Source: Felis catus
Taxonomy: Eukaryota
Assembly: GCF_018350175.1 (NCBI RefSeq)
Contig: NC_058368.1
Location: forward strand, 57,724,001 to 57,788,000
Direction of reading: 5' to 3'
DNA: 64,000 nt
Below the pieces are notes generated by a model. The model did not search any database, had not been told where the DNA came from, and was given only the letters and a program-made list of their open reading frames with translations. Both the position numbers and the translations under genes were made by a program. Shown piece by piece: positions 53,242-64,000 of the stretch. Position 1 is the stretch's first letter. Each line of letters starts with the position of its first letter.

Positions 53242-55707
53242 TAGCCAGCAATAATCTATTAGATTTTCATTTTCTGTATATAAAAATCTGTGCATAATGC
53301 ATGAATCAATAAGATGCTACTTCAAAGAATATTTTATTGCTTCCATTTTTTTTTTTCTTTTAAGCATGGCTTTACAATGAAGAAAATAAATATGAATTGG
53401 TCTAAAGGACTTTGTGCCAGACTTGTTAAGAACTGAAAATAACAAGAGCTTCTAGCTGGTTTCCTGCCTCAAGCCAAACGGCTCTTAGGTAAAAGTTTTA
53501 TTTCTACAAAAGGATGAATAGATATTGATTAGATGGAGAAGCTTTGGGAGGGAGATGATGAAGACAAATGTGTTGAGGCACAGAAACATTGCTGGGAAGT
53601 TTGAATGGTTTGGATCTGAAACTTTATTTAGAGCACTGTGGAAGAATAGAAAAAAATATATACTAGGATGGGAGCCTGACAATTCAAATTGTTTTTATTT
53701 TTACTTAATTTTTTTAAGATTATCTTAAAACAAAGATGGGGGAAACTAAGCTAAAGAACATTGGAGAAGGGTATATTACACTAGGTAGAGTTTTTGCAGT
53801 GAAGTATATGGATCTTAGACTTTAACCATAATCTAATTAGAATTCACCCTGGAATTTCAAGCAGGCACGTGTTAAAATAAAATGGTTGGTTGTGTATATA
53901 ACCATTTAAGATTTACAAAATGAGAGATTAAATAGTCATTTAAGACTTACAAAAAGAGAGGTTAAAACCTAGAACATGTGTACACATATTTGCTGGTCTT
54001 AAAGAGAAATTCTTAAATTTCCTCTCAGACGAAATCAAATACGATTTATCTTATTTGTATGCTAGCTACTTTTTAAGATTCATAACATATGAGAGATTAG
54101 GTGTCTGGCATTTAACCCATTGTCTACTATGACTATTTATGATTACTATAGCTTGTCTTGATTTCCAGTTACTCTTGCCCAATAGAGTCTACAGGAAGTA
54201 TTTTCCCTGTGTTCTTTCTCAACACCCCTAGCAATTTAGGGCTTAAATAAATTAATTTCATAACAAGTTTCCTGCTTTTCCTTTGCCTTTTTACTTTTCT
54301 GAACTGTTCCTGTGTTCGTTTTTTTTTTCCTTCAGCTACAATAAAACCTTGGTTTGTGAGAATAATTCATTCTAGAAACATGTTTGTAATCCCAAGTACT
54401 TGTAGTTTCAGAGCAAATTTCAAGAACTATTGGCTCAGTTTTGGTCATGTGATATTTGGTCTCATGTACTACTTGTATTGCAAGACATCACTCATTTATC
54501 AAGATTTATTAGAAATATTTGCTTCTCTTGGAGAACACTCGTAGAACAAGTTACTCAAAATCCAAGGTCTTAGAGTATTTGAAAATTCTAAATATTATTT
54601 TGTTTCTCTTAGTGGATAACTTTAATTTTTTTATCAGTTTTGATATACTCATTACTATCTAAACACTCTTCTGAGAGACGAATAATTACTTATCATTTAT
54701 CCTCTTTATCCTCTTGCAACTTCCAAGTTTGATTTTCCATCATTAATGAATTATTTTTTATTAAACTCTGTTTCCAAGCTTTATGATTAACAAATCACAC
54801 AAGGCCTCTGCCTTCATCTCATTTGGATTATAATATGAAAAGACAAACTACTTACATGTATTGAAATAAATAAAAAATTGCAAATTGTTACATCTAAGGA
54901 AGAGGTGTGATCAAGTAAAAAGGGTAGCCAAATTTAGATAAGTTTTTCATAAATTTATTTATTGAGATGGGCTAAAATTAATCTTAGCAATTGGACACCA
55001 TTGGCATATTAATTCTATTCTTAACTCTTCTTCCAAGTATGTCATAAATCTGAGTTTGATAAATATATTTTTAATGCTGGTTCTATTATATTTATTTTGG
55101 TTCCACCTGGTATCTGCTTAATTTGGACGACAGGCACCATTACTAAGAATATATACTAACCTCGGAGGTTTGTAAAGTGTATTTTAGCCTGAGGACTGAA
55201 GCCCTAAGTATTGTGTTAGAAAACAGTTCACTCTGGGTGTCTTCTGTCCTATCAATGAGCAGTTCCTGAATGCAGGGAAAATGGCTGCCTCATCCTGCTA
55301 GGGTGTTCCCACTGGATGTCTGCTGTCAGCTGAGGCTCTCTGGTGTGCATCCCAGCTAGGATGTGCTGTAAGTGACTAGAATGACATTTGACAGCAATAC
55401 TTGCTGAGGTGTATTTTGGAGAAACTAGGTTTAAATGGCTATCTTGCTTGTTCCTTTGTGCCCAGCAGGAAATAACAGTTGTATATCTTCAGGTTTAATC
55501 AACCATTGGTACTGTAGCCTTTTGTCTATGTCTATAATGGTTGAAATACACAAAAGCCCTCCACAATTTACATCAAATCAGCTGTGTCTCTTATAAACAA
55601 TAATCAAGATTAGTAGTGAAGGAGAAATAGTATGAATATCCCTAATCTTAAGCTTTTCCAAAGAGATTTTTTAAATTCTTCATAGGAAAGGAATCCTTAG
55701 GGTATTT

Positions 55708-55962
55708 AAAAAAAATTTAATGTTTATTTATTTATTTTGAGAGAGAGAGTGGGAGAGGGGCAGAGAGAGAGGGAGACAGAGAATCCCAAGCAAGCCCCAC
55801 ACCATCAGCAGAAAGCCCAATGTGGGGCTTGAATTCACAAACCATGAGATCATGACCTGAGCTGAAATCAAGAGTTGGATGCTTAACCAACTGAAATCAA
55901 GAGTCAGACGCTTAATCAGTTGGACGTCCAAATGGGTGGACGCTTAAACACCAAGGTGCCCC
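55708..55962 (-). mobile_element. Can-SINE with rearranged, duplicated head
   Basis: TSD agggtattt. Internal repeats of ctgaaatcaagagt and ga(t/c)gcttaa. Confidence 0.9.
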
Positions 55963-55984
55963 AGGGTATTTTTTTTTTAATACA

Positions 55985-56200
55985 ATTGGTAGCATAATAT
56001 GGAGACTTAGCCTGGGAATTAGCAAATGTGGTTCAGATCATTAGTCTGCTACTCAGTGACTGTGTAGTAATGGGCAGTTGACCTGAAACTGTTTATTGAT
56101 TTGCAAAATGTGGTTAAGAGTCTCTACATCAAAAGAATTGTTGGAAGAACAAATATGAGGACATCCACCATGAAATTTCTCACGTGATAGGTGCTTACTT
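55985..56200 (+). mobile_element. MIR
   Basis: tctgctactcagtgactgtgt...tgggcagttga...ttgcaaaatgtgg. Confidence 0.6.
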
Positions 56201-56625
56201 TGTTTTAGTTGCTTTCCTTTCTGGGTCTCTTATTAAACCATTATATGACTTTGTGTGAATGAGTTGCATTTTCTAATTCTCAGTGTCCCATTTAAGGAAA
56301 GGATGAATTGAATCATCTTTTGACCTTTCTACTTTAGAATTCTTAGTCCTTGGTAAAAAAAAAAAAAAAAAGCTTCTAACAAAGTTGACTATTAGTTAAG
56401 AAAACTGCCTCATGAAATAATCTACACCTAATCCCTGTAACTGTGTTGAGAGAAGATGACATCTGTAATAAAATTCCATTTATAGTAAAGTTTGTAAACT
56501 TATACATAACATGTATTTGGACTGTATACTTACTTCTTTAAAAGAAAAAATAGTAAGCAATACTTACTGAATTCAAAACAGAAAATAAGATTTTCTGGTG
56601 TTTCTTTAAAATGGCAGCAATGGCA

Positions 56626-56845
56626 GGGGGAGTGCCTGGGTGGCTCAGTTGGTTAAGCATCTGACTTCGGCTCAGGTCATGATCTCGTGGTCTGTGAGTT
56701 CGAGCCCTGCATTGGGCTCTGTGCTGACAGCTCAAAGCCTGGAGCCTGTTTTGGATTCTGCGTCTCCCTCTCTCTCTGCCCCTCCCCACTCATGTGGTCT
56801 CTCTCCATCTCTGAAAAATGAATAAATATTAAATTTTTTTTTAAT
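56626..56845 (+). mobile_element. Can-SINE
   Basis: Typical body. TSD tggcagcaat. Confidence 0.92.
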
Positions 56846-57192
56846 TGGCAGCAATAGAACTGCCTGTTCTGTTACACTGAATGGCAACATTAATCTCGAG
56901 TAGGGTCTTTTGCCTCTTTAGGGCAGATCTAATTATAATTTTTCAGAAAGTTCATCGGTTCCCACCGTGTCTTCCAATTTCACTCTCTTTTATGACATGC
57001 CTGGATCCCATAAGCATTTGAATTTGTTGCCCCCAGTCTAATGTTCTAGGGAGAAGACCTGAAAATTCTTCTCATTCCAAATTTCCATTATTTATATGTA
57101 CTTTTGAATTATAATTTGTGGCAATAACATCAAATGCTTAATTATTTCAAAATGTTAAATTTCTTAAAAAAACAAACAATGTGTGCTTATCT

Positions 57193-57394
57193 GCGTTTAT
57201 TTTATTTTTGGGACAGAGAGAGACAGAGCATGAACGGGGGAGGGGCAGAGAGAGAGGGAGACACAGAATCGGAAACAGGCTCCAGGCTCTGAGCCATCAG
57301 CCCAGAGCCTGACGCGGGGCTCGAACTCACAGACCGCGAGATCGTGACCTGGCTGAAGTCGGACGCTTAACCGACTGCGCCACCCAGGCGCCCC
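57193..57394 (-). mobile_element. Very young feline Can-SINE lacking the usual tail
   Basis: Perfect 16-bp TSD caatgtgtgcttatct (57177-57192 / 57395-57410). Confidence 0.97.
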
Positions 57395-59029
57395 CAATGT
57401 GTGCTTATCTAGAACTTAGGTCAAATTAAGATGACTTTTATAATTTTTTTCCAGGACATGAAGTGTCAGTTGAAAGAATGACACCAGATAGCTAAATAAG
57501 ATCATTGAAGGTTAAGTATATTGGGAAAATTTTCTTCAAGTGCTGAACATAAGCTTACAAACATAAATTCTGAAGTAAAAGAAAACATCATTCATACTAT
57601 ATAGCTTTTGAATTTCCATATATCCACAAATGCAGCTCCTCCACATTTCCTATCTGAAAATTTAAAAATAATGCAATATTTTTATCAACTTCCACATTAA
57701 TAAAAATTTCTATACCCAAGATTTCCAATCTCTAGGAATTTCTTTTTGAATCTCCAAAACAAGTCAAATGGTAAATCTTTCATTTACAAAGATCTTAAAA
57801 AGCGTATAACTTTTTGGGGGCAGGGGGCATTGTAAATTATAGCTGGTATAGTTAATCTCGCTGTTAAGTTGAGGAATGCAAATACAGTATTTCTAGGGGT
57901 TAATTCTTCTGAATGAAGAAACTTTCAACTTTTGAACAAATTTCTAGTGAGAAATGTAATGACAAAAAAAATTTAAGAGAAACAATAAAAAAAAATAAAA
58001 ATAAAATAATTTAAGAGAATACAAATAATGTGCAGTAAATACTAGTAGTTCCTACAGATCAGTGAACATATGTAGAAGAAAAGAAAATTAGTCAGTTGCT
58101 TTCAACTTATATCAAATTTTCCCAAACTTATCAAAGACTACCTCATGTTCACTATTTCATTTCATTAAACTTCATTTCCATATTTATTTAGGGAATTATT
58201 CAAGAACTATAGTTACTGAGGAAGTAGTCAGGTATTTAGCAATCACCAGGAAGCTTTGCTGATTCATTTCCATATTGTAACACTGTGGGATTTTCATACT
58301 CAACTAATTGCACTGCATATTTGATGATTCAACCACCAATTCCACTGATACAGCTAAACACTTTGAAGTTACAATTGCTGACTTTTAAACTGCACTATAG
58401 GTTGTGCAGCTTGATTTTCTGATGAGGTTGTCTGATTTAATAATTTAGCTCTAAATGTAGTACAATTTATTAGTCACGCCTTAGTCATTACTGATAAAAG
58501 TTGAATGTTTGACTCTGGATGTTATCATTTCCCACTCCCATTGACTCACATTTTAAGTTCAATTAATATAAAATTTAGAATTTTAAGTGCCAAGTTTGTG
58601 ATATCACTTATATTAACTACTTTGTAAAATAAAGTTATTTTGTAATTTTAAATATAAAATATAAATAAAGTTACTTTGTAAAATAAAAATAAAATTATTT
58701 TATCATCATTCAATAAGCAAATATAACTTTGTAATATTTTTTCTATTTTATTACTACCAAAATATATTTCTATGATTCTTATAATATGATAAAATGTATC
58801 TTGCCTATGAAAATTAAATTGAAAGTTCATACACATATATGTATGTATATATGTATACACACATATATGAATGCATATATATGATATTGATTCGTGATAC
58901 ATATTCAGTTATAATATTGCACAGTATTATAGCAAATATTTTTCTAAAGAAAATATTTTTAAAAATCTGATTTATCCAATATTATGCTCCATTTTCTCAC
59001 TCACAAATTATTTTCTTCACAAAAATTTT

Positions 59030-59200
59030 TAAGGTATAAAAATTCAGTTATGCATAATGAAAAAGTTCTAGAGATATGCCATACAGCATTGAACTAATAG
59101 TTAACAGTACTGTGCTGAACACCAAAAAATTTTGTTAACAGTGTAGGTTTCATGTTATGTGTTTTTTGTTATGTGTTATATCATAAAGTTAAACAATAAC
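59030..59200 (+). mobile_element. L1MA/MB 3' end fragment
   Basis: aagttctagagat...tacagcat...atagttaacagtactgt...aaatttgttaa. Confidence 0.7.
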
Positions 59201-59925
59201 AAACACCACCTAATTATAGCCATATTATAGTAGAGATAGTAACTCTTCCACGAATTCAGGTAATACTTTTTGGCATTTACAATGTACCAGAGATGCTCCA
59301 ACTGGCACGATTTACAGACAGAGAGAATAGCAATCATGTGAAAGTTTCATCAATGCCATGATGGTATATGCACAAAGTCCTTCAGCAACAGGGATGTAAT
59401 ACAGATTGAGAACCGATCAGAAAAGTCTCTTCAGGGAGTAAGGGAACACAAACAGAAAGAATAATTGGGGTTTGCAAGGCATAAGGGCAAAAGGATCTTT
59501 CAAATTAAGGAAACAGAATACGAGAAGGAAACCATGCCAAGGATCATGGTAAACAAGGGAACATCCTTCTGCAAGTGACTCATTGCTTCCCTGTCCTTAA
59601 ATTATACAATGATATTGGTGAACATGGTAAGTTCTCCTACTCCTGATTCTTAGTAGGTATTTTCTCACTAAAAACATGTTTTTATATTATGACATAAATT
59701 AATTGACTACTAAACATATTCAAGATACCTTAAAATAATAGAGTGCTTTATGATTTTCAAAAATTATCAACTTTCTTTATTTCATGCCCCTTAAGAAATT
59801 AAGAGAGGTGTGAACAGTAAATATTATCTCAATTTCAGAGATAGACACACGGTAAATTATTTGTTCAATAACACAAACCTAGTGACAGTTTTGACTCTTA
59901 AGACTCTCTTTTAATCTAGGGCATA

Positions 59926-60854
59926 GGGAGAAGAGGAAGATGGCGGTGTAGGAGGACGCTGGGCTCACCGCGAGTCCTGCTGATCACTTAGATTCCACCT
60001 ACACCTGCCTAAATAACCCAGAAAACCGCCAGAGGATTAGCAGAACGGAATCTCTGGACCCAAGCACAGACTAGAGGCCCATGGAAGAGGGTAGGAAGGG
60101 CAGCCAGGCGGTGCGTGCTCCACAGACTGGCGGGAGGGAGCCGGGGTGGAGGGGTGGCTCGCCAGCCAAGCAGAGCCCCCGAGTCTGGCTTGCAAAAGCG
60201 GAGGGGCCTGACGGACTGTGTTCCCACAACAAGCGCGACTTAGCCTCTGGGAGGTCATAAGTTAACAGCTCTGCTTGAAAAGCGGGAAGGCTGGAGGACA
60301 AAGGGAGGGAGAGCTGCTGAGCTCCCTGACGACAGAGCTCAGTTTGGTGGGGAACAAAGGCGCTCGCCAACACCATCTCCCCCGCCCATCCCCCAGCCAA
60401 AATCCCAAAGAGAACCAGTTCCTGCCAGGGAACTTGCTCACTCCGCGCAAACACCCAACTCTGCGCTTCTGCTGAGCTAAACCTCCGGCAGTGGATCTGA
60501 CTCCCTCCTGCTGCCACAGGGCCCCTCCTGAAGTGGATCACCTAAGGAGAAGCGAGCTAAGCCTGGCCCTCCTGCCCCTGTGCACCTTGCCTACCCACCC
60601 CAGCTAATACGCCAGATCCCCAGCATCACAAGCCTGGCAGTGTGCAAGTAGCCCAGACAGGCCACGCCACCCCACAGTGAATCCCGCCCCTAGGAGAGGG
60701 GAAGAGAAGGCACACACCAGTCTGAATGTGGCCCCAGCGGTGGGCTGGGAGCAGACATCAGGTCTGACTGCAGCTCCGCCCACCAACACCAGTTATACAC
60801 CACAGCACAGGGGAAGTGCCCTGCAGGTCCTCACCACGCCAGGGACTATCCAAA
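59926..60854 (+). promoter_or_regulatory. L1 5'UTR internal promoter with YY1-type motif
   Basis: AAGATGGCG at 59937-59945. GC-rich. Confidence 0.8.
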
Positions 60855-61748
60855 ATGACCAAGCGGAAGAATTCCCTTCAGAAGAATCTCCAGGAAATAA
60901 CAACAGCTAATGAGCTGATCAAAAAGGATTTAAATAATATAACAGAAAGTGAATTTAGAATAATAGTCATAAAATTAATCGCTGGGCTTGAAAACAGTAT
61001 ACAGGACAGCAGAGAATCTCTTGCTACAGAGATCAAGGGACTAAGGAGCAGTCACGAGGAGCTGAAAAACGCTTTAAACGAAATACATAACAAAATGGAA
61101 ACCACCACGGCTCGGATTGAAGAGGCAGAGGAGAGAATAGGTGAACTAGAAGATAAAGTTATGGAAAAAGAGGAAGCTGAGAAAAAGAGAGATAAAATAA
61201 TCCAGGAGTATGAGGGGAAAATTAGAGAACTAAGTGATACACTAAAAAGAAATAATATACGCATAATTGGTATCCCCGAGGAGGAAGAGAGAGGGAAAGG
61301 TGCTGAAGGGGTACTTGAAGAAATAATAGCTGAGAACTTCCCTGAACTGGGGAAGGAAAAAGGCATTGAAATCCAAGAGGCACAGAGAACTCCCTTCAGA
61401 CGTAACTTGAATCGATCTTCTGCATGACATATCATAGTGAAACTGGCAAAATACAAGGACAAAGAGAAAATTCTGAAAGCAGCAAGGAGTAAACGTGCCC
61501 TCACATATAAAGGGAGACCTATAAGATTCGTGACTGATCTCTCTTTTGAAACTTGGCAGGCCAGAAAGAATTGGCACGAGATTTTCAGGGTGCTAGACAG
61601 AAAAAATATGCAGCCAAGAATCCTTTATCCAGCAAGTCTGTCATTTAGAATAGAAGGAGAGATAAAGGTCTTCCCAAACAAACAAAAACTGAAGGAATTT
61701 GTCACCACTAAACCAGCCCTACAAGAGATCCTAAGGGGGACCCTGTGA
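60855..61748 (+). pseudogene. L1 ORF1 with premature stop
   Basis: ATG at 60855. CGA>TGA at 61425-61427 (Arg in copy A). Normal end at 61748. Confidence 0.95.
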
Positions 61749-61798
61749 GACAAAGTCCCAGAGACATCACTACAAGCATAAAACATACAGACATCACA

Positions 61799-64000
61799 AT
61801 GACTCTAAACCCGTATCTTTCTATAATAACACTGAATGTAAATGGATTAAATGCGCCAACCAAAAGACATAGAGTATCAGAATGGATAAAAAAACAAGAC
61901 CCATCTATTTGCTGTCTACAAGAGACTCATTTTAGACCTGAGGACACCTTTAGATTGAGAGTGAGGGGATGGAGAACTATTTATCATGCTACTGGAAGCC
62001 AAAAGAAAGCTGGAGTAGCCATACTTATATCAGACAAACTAGACTTTAAATTAAAGGCTGTAACAAGAGATGAAGAAGGACATTATATAATAGTTACAGG
62101 GTCTATCCATCAGGAAGAGCTAACAATTATAAATGTCTATGCGCCGAATACCGGAGCCCCCAAATATATAAAACAATTACTCATAAACATAAGCAACCTT
62201 ATTGATAAGAATGTGGTAATTGCAGGGGACTTGAACACCCCACTTACAGAAATGGATAGATCATCTAGACACACGGTCAATAAAGAAACAAGGGCCCTGG
62301 TGAGACATTGGATCAGATGGACTTGACAGATATATTTAGAACTCTGCATCCCAAAGCAACAGAATATACTTTCTTCTCGAGTGCACATGGAACATTCTCC
62401 AAGATAGATCATATACTGGGTCACAACACAGCCCTTCATAAGTTTACCAGAATTGAAATCATACCATGCATACTTTCAGACCACAATGCTATGAAGCTTG
62501 AAATCAACCACAGGAAAAAGTCTGGAAAACCTCCAAAGGCATGGAGGTTAAAGAACACCCTACTAACGAATGAGTGGGTCAACCAGGCAATTAGAGAAGA
62601 AATTAAACAATATATGGAAACAAACGAAAATGAAAATACAACAATCCAAACGCTTTGGGACGCAGCGAAGGCAGTCCTGAGAGGAAAATACATTGCAATC
62701 AAGGCCTATCTCAAGAAACAAGAAAAATCCCAAATACAAAATCTAACAGCACACCTAAAGGAACTAGAAGCAGAACAGCAAAGGCAGCCTAAACCCAGCA
62801 GAAGAAGAGAAATAATAAAGATCAGAGCAGAAATAAACAATATAGAATCTAAAAAAACTGTAGAGCAGATCAATGAAACCAAGAGTTGGTTTTTTGAAAA
62901 AATTAACAAAATTGACAAACCTCTAGCCAGGCTTCTCAAAAAGAAAAGGGAGATGACCCAAATAGATAAAATCATGAATGAAAATGGAATTATTACAACC
63001 AATCCCTCAGAGATACAAACAATTATCAGGGAATACTATGAAAAATTATATGCCAACAAATTGGACAACCTGGAAGAAATGGACAAATTCCTGAACACCC
63101 ACACTCTTCCAAAACTCAATCAGGAGGAAATAGAAAGCTTGAACAGACCCATAACCAGCAAAGAAATTGAATCGGTTATCAAAAATCTCCCAACAAATAA
63201 GAGTCCAGGACCAGATGGCTTCCCAGGGGAGTTCTACCAGACGTTTAAAGCAGAGATAATACCTATCCTTCTCAAGCTATTCCAAGAAATAGAAAGGGAA
63301 GGAAAACTTCCCGACTCATTCTATGAAGCCAGTATTACTTTGATTCCTAAACCAGACAGAGACCCAGTCAAAAAAGAGAACTACAGGCCAATATCCCTGA
63401 TGAATATGGATGCAAAAATTCTCAATAAGATACTAGCAAATCAAATTCAATGGCATATAAAAAGAATTATTCACCATGATCAAGTGGGATTCATTCCTGG
63501 GATGCAGGGCTGGTTCAACATTCGCAAATCAATCAATGTGATACATCACATTAACAAAAAAAAAGAGAAGAACCATATGATCCTGTCAATCGATGCAGAA
63601 AAGGCCTTTGACAAAATCCAGCACCCTTTCTTAATAAAAACCCTTGAGAAAGTCGGGATAGAAGGAACATACTTAAAGATCATAAAAGCCATTTATGAAA
63701 AGCCCACAGCTAACATCATCCTCAACGGGGAAAAACTGAGAGCTTTCTCCCTGAGATCAGGAACACGACAGGGATGCCCACTCTCACCGCTGCTGTTTAA
63801 CATAATGCTGGAAGTTCTAGCATCAGCAATCAGACAACAAAAGGAAATCAAAGGCATCAAAATTGGCAAAGATGAAGTCAAGCTTTCGCTTTTTGCAGAT
63901 GACATGATATTATACATGGAAAATCCGATAGACTCCACCAAAAGTCTGCTAGAACAGATACATTAATTCAGCAACATTGCAGGATACAAAATCAATGTAC
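61799..64000 (+). pseudogene. L1 ORF2 (partial in window), disrupted
   Basis: ATG at 61799. 1-bp frameshift near 62300. Premature TAA at 63964-63966 just after the FADD motif. Confidence 0.95.

Larger units (their letters stand above)
59926..64000 (+). mobile_element. Young feline LINE-1 (copy B), 5'-complete, runs off the window end
   Basis: 5'UTR starting gggagaagaggaagatggcgg, then ORF1 and ORF2. Highly similar to copy A in the opposite orientation. Confidence 0.98.

Noticed and set aside
58618..58740. AT-rich degenerate repeats (tactttgtaaaataaa x2)
   Set aside because: Low-complexity slippage with no evidence of function.
28131..59930. Past inversion between the two young L1s (swapped flanks)
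   Set aside because: The 3' flank of copy A does not match the 5' flank of copy B, and the old L1M host appears collinear across copy A.

Overview
AT-rich, repeat-dense mammalian DNA from a felid (cat family), judged from feline-type Can-SINEs and LINE-1s. I found no host protein-coding exon, RNA gene or CRISPR array. Nearly all ORFs in the track are L1 ORF1/ORF2 pieces, their antisense shadows, or SINE-derived. Main contents: (i) an older, degraded full-length L1 (~4.3-11.85 kb, +) carrying nested insertions; (ii) two young, closely related feline L1s arranged head-to-head about 26 kb apart (28.16-34.09 kb on -, and 59.93 kb to the window end on +); (iii) about 19 Can-SINEs, four of them very young; (iv) old LTR, MIR, L2, MER5 and L1M remnants, whose family names are assigned by eye and are approximate. 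The most notable observations concern the two young L1s. Both carry the same premature TAA in ORF2. Both have an ATG-initiated antisense ORF in the 5'UTR placed much like primate ORF0. The left copy appears to carry extra non-L1 sequence at both ends inside its target-site duplication. These are leads to test, not established systems.
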